Positions 10,342-20,773 of a stretch of DNA of 54,311 nt are shown in pieces. A model generated the notes under the pieces. It was given only the letters and a program-made list of their open reading frames with translations, did no database searches and was not told the DNA's origin. Origin of the DNA: Promethearchaeota archaeon. Its GTDB lineage: Archaea; Asgardarchaeota; Lokiarchaeia; Sigyniarchaeales; SOKP01. Location of the stretch: positions 1 through 54,311 of the forward strand of contig SHMU01000004.1 in assembly GCA_008080765.1 (NCBI GenBank), given 5' to 3'. Numbering within the stretch: position 1 is the stretch's first letter; every line of letters begins with the position of its first letter. The translations under genes and the position numbers were made by a program.

Positions 10342-11105
10342 GCTATTTTATAGAAATTTACAACCCCATGGCAATTGCAACTGGTAGCTATTAGCAGTCT
10401 AAAATTATTTTTTCTCAAAAGATCGAGATGTTTATTAATCTTTGCTAATACTTCTTCGATTTCCCCTCCTTTAAGCCCTCCAAGACCGGGAAGAAGTTGA
10501 TAACTATGAAGCACAATATTTACTTCCCTCCTCTCTTGAGAGAGATTTATATTATTGGATACATTAAATATCTTTTTTAGATAATTTGTTAGGGTAATGG
10601 GCTTTTCTCTATCGAAATTTGGGCAATATTGAGAAGGTCCTGCACAATTATCGGGACAAACTTCATTTTGTTTAGCATACGATAGATATAAAATATTCTC
10701 TTGAAGTAAGGAGTCTAATAACAAAGCGGGATTAATTCTTTTAGTTGCAGTTATACACCTCTTTCCATCTGGAACTAACTCGATATTGCAAGAAGATAAG
10801 AAGTTTTTTACGATGAGAGCTGTTAGATGTAAGGGGATTACCGGAATTATCCACTCAAACTTAATCTTTTTCAAGAGCTCATTAATAATTATGATATTAT
10901 TTTCAAAAAATACGATTGAATTCTGAGAATTTCTATCAAAATTTGCCAAAAGAAGCTTTAGTTCTTGAAAATGGGTATTGATAATTTTTGAAGCAATGCA
11001 ATTGGGATCATTGTCAATTAAAATGGTAGCATAATGATTTTTCTTAGCAAAATGGAGCGCTTTTTTGCTGAATTTGCCTCCACCCGCAATTAATAACGTT
11101 TTCAT
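10338..11105 (-). CDS. Rossmann-fold (NAD-binding) protein with Cys-rich C-terminal motifs
   Basis: LLIAGGGKF dinucleotide-binding start; CPDNC..YC and TSCNCHGV. Confidence 0.7.
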   Translation of the reverse strand: MKTLLIAGGGKFSKKALHFAKKNHYATILIDNDPNCIASKIINTHFQELKLLLANFDRNSQNSIVFFENNIIIINELLKKIKFEWIIPVIPLHLTALIVKNFLSSCNIELVPDGKRCITATKRINPALLLDSLLQENILYLSYAKQNEVCPDNCAGPSQYCPNFDREKPITLTNYLKKIFNVSNNINLSQERREVNIVLHSYQLLPGLGGLKGGEIEEVLAKINKHLDLLRKNNFRLLIATSCNCHGVVNFYKIA

Positions 11106-11120
11106 TAGAATAACTGCTAA

Positions 11121-11723
11121 TTAAGGTACAGTTGTTTCATTGGAAAGTTTACTTTTTTTTGGAGCTTCTCCATTTTCTTTCTCAATATTATCATCTATGT
11201 CCTTGGTATAATAATTGATAAGGGCACTATTGAAAAAAGAGGTGATAATAAAGGGGATATACATTATCCATTTAGATTGAGGAAGAAAAAAAGGCGATAC
11301 ACAGAGCCAGAAGATTAAAATGATACCAATTATTAAGATGAAATTAAATTGTTCCAATGAATCCGATTCAAAATCGTTATAGAATAATGCTAATGGGATG
11401 CAGCCGAGAATTACTAAAGCTAAAAATTGATATTCTATAAAATTGAAAATAGTGTTTTCCGTAAAATCAAATAGAATGAAAAAATTAACAACTGATTGCA
11501 TAATAAAGGCTGCAACAAAAAAGACATATGCAATAACCAAATTGAATATATTTTTATTATCTTTAGATTGATTATATTTCTTTATATAAAGAATGGTAAA
11601 GAGAGCAATAAAGAGAAGAACAATAATATCAGGTATGATAAATATAATATACTCATCCTTAGGAAAGGCTTCTGAAACAAATGTTTGATTGAAATAATAA
11701 TAAAATATAAGGCCGTCCATCAT
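11121..11723 (-). CDS. Hypothetical multi-pass membrane protein
   Basis: About 5 hydrophobic helices. Confidence 0.65.
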   Translation of the reverse strand: MMDGLIFYYYFNQTFVSEAFPKDEYIIFIIPDIIVLLFIALFTILYIKKYNQSKDNKNIFNLVIAYVFFVAAFIMQSVVNFFILFDFTENTIFNFIEYQFLALVILGCIPLALFYNDFESDSLEQFNFILIIGIILIFWLCVSPFFLPQSKWIMYIPFIITSFFNSALINYYTKDIDDNIEKENGEAPKKSKLSNETTVP

Positions 11724-11980
11724 GAAAGTAATAATTTTAATTATTTTAGAATATATCGCATTGATTTTAAATGTTGCTATAAATTAGATTCGCTTAAATT
11801 AATCTCACATTAGATGAGCATACAAGAGAATCTCAAATAACTACAAGAGTAGAATCTTTTATCGAAATGATAAGGAGGAAGAAATACTTTAAGCGAATGT
11901 GAAACTTTTCCTTTTTCTACTTTTTCTATCATTTATCTATAATTTTGCAATTAGAGATATGAAAAAATAAAATTGAATAT

Positions 11981-12607
11981 TTATTGAATTGTCTTTTCCT
12001 TTGAAATTGGAGGCTCTAATGAGATACATTCGTCCATAATTTCTTGGAAGGTGTCGGGATCGGTAAAAAAGTGGTAAAACTCGTCTATCTCGTTATTATA
12101 AAACTCGTGGGCGTAAGCGTCTTCTAATAGTTCTACAATCTGTTTGAGGCTCGGCTCGTTATCGAAGAGCGTTCCTTTCATCGTGCGAATTAGAAATCGT
12201 AGCTTCTGCTGATTCTGGCTGTCGAATCTCGCATATTTGTTGAATAACAGCGACTTACACGTATAGGGGTGGTGGCATTCCATGATATGCCCGAAGTCGC
12301 AAAACATACACGAAAACAGCTCGTCATTGAATAATTCTCGATTGTCACGGGGGCAAAAATAATGACCTTCCATAATGGTAAGGCTTCGGACTAAGTTTCT
12401 CAACTTTATCTCTTCGTAAGTGGACTTGTGTTCCTTTTCTCGTAGTCTTTTTATAGCGTTGGTTATGATCAATACTGCTTCGGCTTTCTGGCGTGTTGCC
12501 CAATCTGTTATTTCGGTTTCAGCTTTAGCTTCATTCTCATTCTCACTTTCTTCGGCTTCTTGGTCGGAAGATACTGAAACATTTTTTTTTTTGATGTGGG
12601 TATTCAT
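11981..12607 (-). CDS. Hypothetical protein with Cys/His cluster
   Basis: 208-aa ORF; HYFCP..CMFC..HIMECHHPYTC suggests metal binding. Confidence 0.6.
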   Translation of the reverse strand: MNTHIKKKNVSVSSDQEAEESENENEAKAETEITDWATRQKAEAVLIITNAIKRLREKEHKSTYEEIKLRNLVRSLTIMEGHYFCPRDNRELFNDELFSCMFCDFGHIMECHHPYTCKSLLFNKYARFDSQNQQKLRFLIRTMKGTLFDNEPSLKQIVELLEDAYAHEFYNNEIDEFYHFFTDPDTFQEIMDECISLEPPISKEKTIQ

Positions 12608-12732
12608 TTTTATCTACTTTTTTGGATAATTTTTTGATTTGAGTATACTTCTATAAATGAGATTTGCCTATTTAAAATTAAGGAGAGTAATGATTTAGTT
12701 AATAAACTCTTAAGAATGGGTTATTTTAGAAT

Positions 12733-14979
12733 TTGGAGTGCTTTTATAATGTGAAGAGAGGTTTTCTAATATTAGATAATGTAGAGGGTGATACAGAGGA
12801 GTATGTTGTTGTTAATTTATATAGTTACCTTAAGGAAGGCTTCATTCCCACGGGTCATCGAGCAGAAACACTAAAAATGAAAATTGATAAATATTTTGAA
12901 AATAAATTAATGATGAATCCTAATGCTGACCGTAAGCAAGAATTAGAGAATGCTCGTGAGCTCATTTTCTACTTTCTCGATGCGTACATTAAAAAATGTA
13001 CCTCAACCGACCATCTTATCGAACAGATTAAGGCAACCGCTAAAGATGAGAATTCTGCTTTCGTTCAATTTCTTATTGAATTTCTACTGGATAAGGATGT
13101 GAATTTTGCATTCGTAGAATTTTACTATCTAACAGAGTTATCGAGATTTTTATTTACAGATCAAGTTGATCTTTATTTGAGTGGAACGTTAGGTCAAGGT
13201 ACTCTTCCTAAGTTTGATACGCTCTGGAGTAGTATAGAAGCCTCTTTTAATTGGAAATTCGATCGTGACGCAAGCAATCAACAAATAGCTAAAATTCGAG
13301 CTTGTTATATGAAACATGTCGAGAACTTTATGGCTTCAAGACCCATATCCGGTAAGCTACTGGACGGAAAGGATTATTATGGTACCAATTATTATTTTTC
13401 AAAAGGCTATAGAGAAGGCGGATTTTTATTTTCCACCCACACGCAAGATAAGCTTATCGCAAGGATAGGAGGACTTTCTCGAAGGCTAAAACTGGCATAT
13501 GCCGTTGCGGATGTTTCCTCAAACTTGCCTGAATTTTATACAAATATGATCATTCGCACTCCCATGAGCATTCTTCAAGAAATATCGAAAATCAATGGCT
13601 TCATGGAAACTTTATGTGATCAATTTAATAGAGAGGAAATAAGCGAGGAGCAATTCGAATTTAAGTACACTATTTATGAGGAAACTTTAAATAGTCTTCA
13701 TGAATTTTGGACTACCTACGGCATGCTTAATCATGAAATTGAAGTTCAGCATCGCTGGTTAACGTATTTAAGCATAAAGGATGGATATAATTGGTATTCT
13801 CGAGATTTCGCTTACAGATGGGAATCAGATCATTATAGAATTAAGCCTCAAGGAATTGATTATGATATCTTACTTAAATCTCTCTCTTTAGAGACGCGGG
13901 ACAACTTTATTAAATTCATCAACGATGGTATTACCAATCCTCAGCGATATTTAGATGCAAAAGTAAAACACGACTGGCCTTTTGACAATGAAATTTTCGA
14001 TAACGTTATCGCTTCTTCGCTTTCTAACAAGTACTCTAAGAACAGGTTAGCACAAATTCCCGTTGTATCTGATCGCCTATTTGAGAAATTCATTGACCAT
14101 TTCCATGAGAAAGAACTTTATTCGCAATACGTTGAAGGCGATCCCGCAAGGCAAGATCCAAATGTTCCTAAAATCGCAAAGAAAATAGCCGCTAATCTAC
14201 CTCAATTCAGCACGAAATCCTCCTCTAGTATTATTTCCGAAAACGATGAAGTCATCATTTCGCATCGCAGTACAGGGTTGGCATTGAATTTATTGGTCCA
14301 GAACATGCCCGAATGTGTTACCCACGAGTACTTTAGCATGGAAACGGTCGATATTGACGGTGAGGGTCCCTTAGAGCAAAATCGATTATGGGGAGCAAAA
14401 GAGGATCTCTTATTTTTCGATATCATCTTTTACGGCGCCGATCTTAAGCCCGGAATGAGCCTATTTGCGATAGATCCCAAATACCATTTCATAAACGGGT
14501 TTGCGCAGCAGATTGTATCGTCCCTTTCCCATCAAGACGCGCTGGGAACCGCTCCCGATGCGGAAGTCGATTCTATTCTATTTAACTACGGCATTAAGAA
14601 AGACGGCAACAACATCGAAGTCGTGGTATTCAAGACGAAATTATCCTATATGAAAATCCTTGAATTTCTCACTAACCTTCAGAGCACCACATCACCATGG
14701 AAATCCGATTGGGTACAAGATATTGAGGAAACAGCAGGTATTGATGACGATCTCAAGAGTGATTATAGTTATTATAGTGACGCTCAAACTGGAATTAGAT
14801 CCCGCATTCCCGACGTGTATAAAAAGTTTTTGGTGGATTACTGGGAGATCGGGCACATTGAAGAGTATGTGCAACGCTTAATCGCCGAGCAGCCGCAAAG
14901 GGCTCAATATTGGCAAAATTGGCTCACTTGTGCAGAGACAGAGATAAGTGCCCTGCGTATGGAGCTTCTCAATGCTTAA
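12733..14979 (+). CDS. Hypothetical protein, possible C-terminal PD-(D/E)xK nuclease-like domain
   Basis: 748-aa open frame; EDLLF...FAIDPKY motif; start uncertain (TTG just after an in-frame stop). Confidence 0.6.
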   Translation: MECFYNVKRGFLILDNVEGDTEEYVVVNLYSYLKEGFIPTGHRAETLKMKIDKYFENKLMMNPNADRKQELENARELIFYFLDAYIKKCTSTDHLIEQIKATAKDENSAFVQFLIEFLLDKDVNFAFVEFYYLTELSRFLFTDQVDLYLSGTLGQGTLPKFDTLWSSIEASFNWKFDRDASNQQIAKIRACYMKHVENFMASRPISGKLLDGKDYYGTNYYFSKGYREGGFLFSTHTQDKLIARIGGLSRRLKLAYAVADVSSNLPEFYTNMIIRTPMSILQEISKINGFMETLCDQFNREEISEEQFEFKYTIYEETLNSLHEFWTTYGMLNHEIEVQHRWLTYLSIKDGYNWYSRDFAYRWESDHYRIKPQGIDYDILLKSLSLETRDNFIKFINDGITNPQRYLDAKVKHDWPFDNEIFDNVIASSLSNKYSKNRLAQIPVVSDRLFEKFIDHFHEKELYSQYVEGDPARQDPNVPKIAKKIAANLPQFSTKSSSSIISENDEVIISHRSTGLALNLLVQNMPECVTHEYFSMETVDIDGEGPLEQNRLWGAKEDLLFFDIIFYGADLKPGMSLFAIDPKYHFINGFAQQIVSSLSHQDALGTAPDAEVDSILFNYGIKKDGNNIEVVVFKTKLSYMKILEFLTNLQSTTSPWKSDWVQDIEETAGIDDDLKSDYSYYSDAQTGIRSRIPDVYKKFLVDYWEIGHIEEYVQRLIAEQPQRAQYWQNWLTCAETEISALRMELLNA

Positions 14980-15182
14980 ATCAAATTCTTTTTCTCTTTC
15001 CCATTCTTTTTTATATTATTTAAACTTACATTTAATTTTACTTTTTACTTTTTATTTTTATTTTCTAAAGTTTGACTCATTTGGTATTTGCCATAGAAGA
15101 AAAATTTATAATTTAGTACAGTCTTTATATTTTAATAGAGAATTAGTGTTAATATAAAATAAAAAAGGGTTAGTACAATTTT

Positions 15183-16286
15183 ATGTCGCAATATCTCGTT
15201 TCCTTTCGTGGGGCAACGCTCGTTCAAAAAGAGGTAGACGCGCTCAAAAGTATAGAAGAGCAATTACAGAGGCGCTTCATTTCTCTAAAGCATTTTTGGG
15301 ATTTCGGCGCATTGACTCCAGCAGAGACTATTGGATTTTTCGCCAAAGATGGACATATAAACACTTTTTTATTTAATAAAGCCGAGCTAACCCAATTTCC
15401 CGAATATTTACCAATGTTCAAGCATCTCGAGCGTATTAGCTTTAAATATAATCTTGAGATGCCCTTATCGTCGGATTTGGTGAAAATTCCCTCCTTAAAA
15501 AAAGTATATTTCCAATATAACCAATATTCTGAGCTACCCGATTTTTTTTCCGAGTTCCCTTGCATTGAGTATCTCGGACTAGGTGATAATAATTTCACTG
15601 AATTTCCCGAGCCCCTCTTGAAGTTACCAATTCTTAAAGATTTAGACTTGAAAGCAAGCAAGCTTACCTCGTTACCCCCTCAAATAAAGAGGCTTACTTC
15701 ATTATTTCGGATCAATCTTGATGAGAACCATTTTAACCTATTTCCGAAATCATTACTGAAATTGCCTAAACTCCAAATTCTCACCTTAAGCAAAAATACC
15801 ATTTCGAACATTCCTCATTCTATTTCCGCTCTTTCAAGGCTAACTATTTTGTATGTACGAGAAAATCGCCTCACATCGCTTCCCGAATCCATTGGTAGAT
15901 TAACCAAATTAGAATATTTGAATTTAGCCAGAAATAATTTAAAAGAGCTTCCTGATTCTATCGGTAATCTACGTGATTTGAAAACCTTTTATGTAAATGA
16001 TAATCAATTAGAGACACTTCCCCCCACTTTTGGCTATTTGAAAAACTTAGAAAGCCTCAATATCAACGGCAATCAACTTAAAACATTGCCCGCAAGCTTT
16101 ACTCGGCTCACCAAGCTTACACATTTAAGTGTTTTTGGTGGCGATGAAATTGATAGAGAATGGGGTACAAATAAGGATCTGGAGCTCACGCCCGAGCAAG
16201 AACGGTTTTTAAACGAAATAAGGCGCCGATATTGGACCGGATGGGCTGAAGCGGCTTCCTCTGAGATTAAAAATCTCGATCCTTAA
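15183..16286 (+). CDS. Leucine-rich repeat protein
   Basis: About 10 repeats of LxxLxLxxNxLxxLPxxIxx. Confidence 0.92.
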   Translation: MSQYLVSFRGATLVQKEVDALKSIEEQLQRRFISLKHFWDFGALTPAETIGFFAKDGHINTFLFNKAELTQFPEYLPMFKHLERISFKYNLEMPLSSDLVKIPSLKKVYFQYNQYSELPDFFSEFPCIEYLGLGDNNFTEFPEPLLKLPILKDLDLKASKLTSLPPQIKRLTSLFRINLDENHFNLFPKSLLKLPKLQILTLSKNTISNIPHSISALSRLTILYVRENRLTSLPESIGRLTKLEYLNLARNNLKELPDSIGNLRDLKTFYVNDNQLETLPPTFGYLKNLESLNINGNQLKTLPASFTRLTKLTHLSVFGGDEIDREWGTNKDLELTPEQERFLNEIRRRYWTGWAEAASSEIKNLDP

Positions 16287-17286
16287 CTGGAAACTTTAAA
16301 AGCCTAATAATCGAATTTGCCATCTCATAAGGATCCATCGTTTTTTCTATAACTTGAGCAATTAATTTTTCTATCAATGAATTGTCTTCAAACATGTTCT
16401 CAGTTTTTTTTATGAGCTTATATTTTAAAATTTGTAAAGTTTCTTGCTTAATACGATTTCTCAAATAATTCGAAACTATCCCTTGGTTTTGTATAAAACG
16501 ATGATGTTTTTCAATTTTCTCGATAAGTTCCTCGAAATTTTGTCCCGTTATAGAGTTTGTTTGAATAATTTCAGGTGTCCACTCCTCTGTCGTTAAGACA
16601 TTCTTATTTATTTCATGGGATTTATATTTATAGTTCATATTTAATTCTAGCATTTGGATAAGCTCCGCCACTTTTCTATCTGCTCCGGGTAGATCCATCT
16701 TATTTACCACAAATATATCTGTAATTTCCATTATTCCTGCTTTAATAGTTTGAATATCATCTCCTAGACCGGGAACTAATAATACGAGAACAGTATGAGC
16801 GGATCGGAAGATATCAACCTCTGATTGACCTACACCTACAGTTTCCACGATAATAATATCGCACCCATAAGCGTCCAATATTTTAATCACATCTTCAGTA
16901 GCTCTAGAAAGTCCTCCTAATTGTCCACGATTTGCCATACTTCGTATAAACACATTGTCTGAGGAAAACATATCTTTCATTCGGATCCTATCCCCTAATA
17001 ACGCCCCTCCTGTTAAAGGTGAGGAAGGATCAACACAGATCACCCCAATCTTTCGGTCCTCCTTAAGTAGCTTCTGAATGAGGGTTGAAATAAAAGTGCT
17101 TTTTCCTGAACCAGGGGCACCCGTTATCCCAAGAATATAGGCATTACCAGTATGCTTATATACGGAGTGAATTATCGTTTCTGCAGCATTAATATCATTT
17201 TCAGTTAAAGTTATTAGCCGTGCCGCAGCTCTTGTCTCACCTTGCAGCAATCTCTGCATTAAATCATCATATTGGGTACTCATCAT
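16267..17286 (-). CDS. meaB: Acyl-CoA mutase-associated GTPase chaperone MeaB/ArgK
   Basis: GITGAPGSGKST, VDPSSP..GGALLGDRIRM, ETVGVGQSE, NKMD. Confidence 0.95.
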   Translation of the reverse strand: MMSTQYDDLMQRLLQGETRAAARLITLTENDINAAETIIHSVYKHTGNAYILGITGAPGSGKSTFISTLIQKLLKEDRKIGVICVDPSSPLTGGALLGDRIRMKDMFSSDNVFIRSMANRGQLGGLSRATEDVIKILDAYGCDIIIVETVGVGQSEVDIFRSAHTVLVLLVPGLGDDIQTIKAGIMEITDIFVVNKMDLPGADRKVAELIQMLELNMNYKYKSHEINKNVLTTEEWTPEIIQTNSITGQNFEELIEKIEKHHRFIQNQGIVSNYLRNRIKQETLQILKYKLIKKTENMFEDNSLIEKLIAQVIEKTMDPYEMANSIIRLLKFPVKDRDF

Positions 17287-17295
17287 TTTATTTGC

Positions 17296-17697
17296 CTATC
17301 TTTTTAGATTATTTTTAACGAAGTCTACAATGGTTTTTATTTCCGTACCCGGTCCATAAAAGCCAGAAAGCCCGAAGCTTTTTAGATATTCTTTATCCTC
17401 CTCGGGAATAATCCCTCCCACAGCAACCAATACATCATCGATATTATGTTCCTTTAAGAGTTCCATGATTTTCGGACAGAGCGCATTGTGAGCACCACTC
17501 AAAATACTAAGAAGAACGGCATCGGGATCTTCTTGTACAATAGTATTCACAATATCTTTCGGAGTTTGATGAAGTCCAGTATAGATCACTTCAAATCCTG
17601 CATCTCGCAAACCGCGAGCGACCACCTTAGCTCCTCGATCATGCCCATCAAGACCCGGTTTCGTGACTAATACCTTAATCTTTCTATTTGTTTCCAT
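17296..17697 (-). CDS. icmB: Cobalamin-binding small subunit of acyl-CoA mutase
   Basis: KPGLDGHDRG (DxHxxG), SILSGAH, GGIIP. Confidence 0.88.
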   Translation of the reverse strand: METNRKIKVLVTKPGLDGHDRGAKVVARGLRDAGFEVIYTGLHQTPKDIVNTIVQEDPDAVLLSILSGAHNALCPKIMELLKEHNIDDVLVAVGGIIPEEDKEYLKSFGLSGFYGPGTEIKTIVDFVKNNLKR

Positions 17698-17746
17698 TTT
17701 ATTACCTCATTAGTTTATAGTTCGATTTTGTATTTATAAAAAAATT

Positions 17747-19390
17747 TTAGAAGATGCTATCCTCTCTATATATGCCAAATACTTCCTTGAGGGTTCCTAT
17801 TATTTCCCCAATAGACGCATAATCTCTCACAGCATTAATAATATAGGGCATTAAATTTTCTGTTCCTTGTGCAGCTTCCTTAAGTTCACCTAATGTGTCT
17901 TTTACCGCAGCATTATCTCGCTTCTTTTTTACACCGCTTAGAAGTTGCAGTTGCTTTAGTGCTACTTCATCCTCGATCTTGAGTATATCAGGTGTTGAAT
18001 CCTCTTTGGATTTGTACTTATTCACACCCACAATAATTCGTTCCTTTCGTTCAACTTCTCTCTGGTATTTATAGGAGGCATTCGCAATCTCTTTTTGAAA
18101 GAAATTTTTTTTAATGGCAGGAATGACCCCTCCAAGTTCTTCAATTTGATCAAAATAATTATTGGCTTCCTCTTCCATTTTATCGGTTAGCCATTCTACA
18201 TAATAGGAGCCCGCTAAAGGATCGACCGTATCTGCAACCCCTGTTTCATGCGCCATGATTTGTTGGGTTCGTAAAGCAATTCTAACTGCTTTCTCAGTTG
18301 GCAAACATAAAGCTTCATCATAGGAATTTGTATGAAGTGATTGGGTCCCTCCTAAAACCGCTGCTAATCCTTGATAAGCAACCCTTACTATATTATTTTC
18401 CGGTTCTTGTGCTGTTAATGATACCCCGGCAGTTTGCGTATGAAATCTTAACCGCATTGATTCGGGTTTTTTTGCTCCATATTTATTTTTCATTCTTTTT
18501 GCCCAAATCCTTCTTGCAGCTCGATATTTTGCTATTTCTTCAAAGAAGTTATTATGAGCATTGAAAAAGAACGATAAACGATGAGCAAATTCATCTACAT
18601 GAAGCCCGCGCTCCATTGCAGCTTCAACATATGCGAATCCATCAGCTAAAGTAAAAGCCAGTTCTTGCACCGCAGTTGAACCTGCTTCTCGAATATGATA
18701 TCCACTAATGCTAATGGTATACCATTGAGGAACATGATGTGTGCAGTATTCGATTGTGTCTACTATCAATCTCATAGAGGGTTCTGGTGGAAATATCCAT
18801 GATTTCTGAGCGATATATTCTTTCAAAATATCATTTTGAATTGTTCCGCGCAGCTTTTCAGGACTTACACCTTGCTTTTCGGCTACCACAATATACATAG
18901 CAAGGAGGATTGTAGCGGGGGCATTTATAGTCATAGAAGTTGAGATTTTAGAAAGATCAATACCATCAAATAACGTTTCCATATCGGCCAACGTGTCAAT
19001 AGCCACCCCTTCTTTTCCGACTTCGCCCAATGAGCGCTCATCACATGATTCATATCCATAAATAGTTGGTAGGTGAAATGCAACACTCAACCCTGTTTGC
19101 CCATGCTCGATTAAAAATTTGAATCGCTCATTAGTTTGTGCGGCGGTTCCAAATCCTGCAAATTGACGCATTGTCCAGAGTCTCCCCCTGTACATATTAT
19201 TATAGGGACCTCTTGTATAAGGATACTTTCCCGGCTCACCTAAAGCTTGCTCATACTTAAATTCTGAAATATCTTGGGGTTTATAGAGTCGTTTTATTTC
19301 TATATCAGATAAATTCCGAAAAGATCTGCTCTTGTGCTTTGCTTTTTCTTTAGTTTCTTCCTTTTGAGATGTTTCTTCTATTTCCGTCAT
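17747..19390 (-). CDS. icmA: Acyl-CoA mutase large subunit (methylmalonyl-CoA mutase family, isobutyryl-CoA mutase signature)
   Basis: PYTRG, WTMRQFAGFG, QNDILKEYIAQ, SISGYHIREAG, GGTQSLHTN; alternative TTG start at 19402. Confidence 0.88.
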   Translation of the reverse strand: MTEIEETSQKEETKEKAKHKSRSFRNLSDIEIKRLYKPQDISEFKYEQALGEPGKYPYTRGPYNNMYRGRLWTMRQFAGFGTAAQTNERFKFLIEHGQTGLSVAFHLPTIYGYESCDERSLGEVGKEGVAIDTLADMETLFDGIDLSKISTSMTINAPATILLAMYIVVAEKQGVSPEKLRGTIQNDILKEYIAQKSWIFPPEPSMRLIVDTIEYCTHHVPQWYTISISGYHIREAGSTAVQELAFTLADGFAYVEAAMERGLHVDEFAHRLSFFFNAHNNFFEEIAKYRAARRIWAKRMKNKYGAKKPESMRLRFHTQTAGVSLTAQEPENNIVRVAYQGLAAVLGGTQSLHTNSYDEALCLPTEKAVRIALRTQQIMAHETGVADTVDPLAGSYYVEWLTDKMEEEANNYFDQIEELGGVIPAIKKNFFQKEIANASYKYQREVERKERIIVGVNKYKSKEDSTPDILKIEDEVALKQLQLLSGVKKKRDNAAVKDTLGELKEAAQGTENLMPYIINAVRDYASIGEIIGTLKEVFGIYREDSIF

Positions 19391-19630
19391 AATCTTTACC
19401 AAATGAAGATTTATTTATAACTAATTTGAAAATGATATTCCTTACTTTATATAAGCTATTAGAAATTATTAATTTTATATTAATTTTTGATACAATAGAT
19501 ATTGATAAAAGTTGTAATAAAGGAATAAAAGAGGAATATGAATCTTACATCATGAATGTGCTTTTTTAGAACTTCACTCAGCTACATATTCCAAAAATTA
19601 AGATATTGATCGAAATAATTGCTATAAACA

Positions 19631-20773
19631 TTATATTGCTTTAAATGACTCATTAATAGCGGAACATCCTCCACATCTCACACATCCTGCTTTATTTTTC
19701 AAGGGATTGACTCCATATTCCTTCATTAATTCTGCTGTTTTATAATACACTCTTAATAAATCATCTGGGTTAGTGGGTGGTGTTATGGAATGTTTGAGAG
19801 GTATAGAACGTACTGGTGTTATGAAAGGAATTATGCCCAAAGAAATCATCTCTTCTATTTTATTCATAAAGATCTCATGTGGTTCTCCAAACCCCATCAA
19901 AACAAACGATTCTACTTGATTTGCTCCAAAAGTATTAATGGCATGTTTCCAGCTCTTAACGAAAGAAGAATAGGGAATGCTGGCTTTTCCGGGTGTAATT
20001 CTTTTTCGTAATTCATCAGTTAACACTTCAATATGTATGCCTATCGTATCGGCACCCGCCTCTTTCAGTTGATTCAAATAATTTAAATTATCCAAGGGTT
20101 CAATTTGAATATGCAAGGGAATATCGGGATGATTTTGTTTTAAACCTCTCAAAATATTTGTATATCTGAGGGCGCCTTTATCTTCACTTGCTTCTGTTCC
20201 ACTGGTAATTGTCATATGAGAACATCTACCTTCCTTTTTGGCAACAGTTATTACTTCTGAGATTTGTTGAGCTGACTTCTCAACTATGGTAGTATCATAT
20301 TGCAAACTAAGTTCTATTCCACAAAATTTACACGCTTCTCCACATTCCCAATATTTACATTTCTGGTAAATTGTGGTACCAAGACAATCTACTCCATGAA
20401 CTAAGGCGATCCTCTTCATCTCTACACCATCAGAAGTCTTATATTGAGGAGAATAATACTTAGGATTAGGAATTAATTTTAATTTTGTGAAAAGAGAGTC
20501 TTCTTGCCCATTTAAAATCTCAAAAAAAGAGCCTTTCTTCTCTCCTAATGTATATGGCGTCCTCTGCTTCTTATCCCATAAAGCAACATTGACCAAGGTT
20601 TCATTGTCAGCTAATAAAAAGTATCTACCCCCTAACGGCCCTGCACCACCTTTCCTTCCGAAGTCTATGGAAATCCCTTGAGTTTTATAGTGAGAAAGTA
20701 ATGACTTACTTAAATAAAGCCCTCTACATAAAAGGTCGGTTTTTATTCGAAGTATATTTTCAATATCTGACAT
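19631..20773 (-). CDS. Radical SAM protein, MSMEG_0568-like
   Basis: GRKGGAGP, elongated CKYWECGEACKFC motif, C-terminal GCVRCGGCS. Confidence 0.82.
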   Translation of the reverse strand: MSDIENILRIKTDLLCRGLYLSKSLLSHYKTQGISIDFGRKGGAGPLGGRYFLLADNETLVNVALWDKKQRTPYTLGEKKGSFFEILNGQEDSLFTKLKLIPNPKYYSPQYKTSDGVEMKRIALVHGVDCLGTTIYQKCKYWECGEACKFCGIELSLQYDTTIVEKSAQQISEVITVAKKEGRCSHMTITSGTEASEDKGALRYTNILRGLKQNHPDIPLHIQIEPLDNLNYLNQLKEAGADTIGIHIEVLTDELRKRITPGKASIPYSSFVKSWKHAINTFGANQVESFVLMGFGEPHEIFMNKIEEMISLGIIPFITPVRSIPLKHSITPPTNPDDLLRVYYKTAELMKEYGVNPLKNKAGCVRCGGCSAINESFKAI

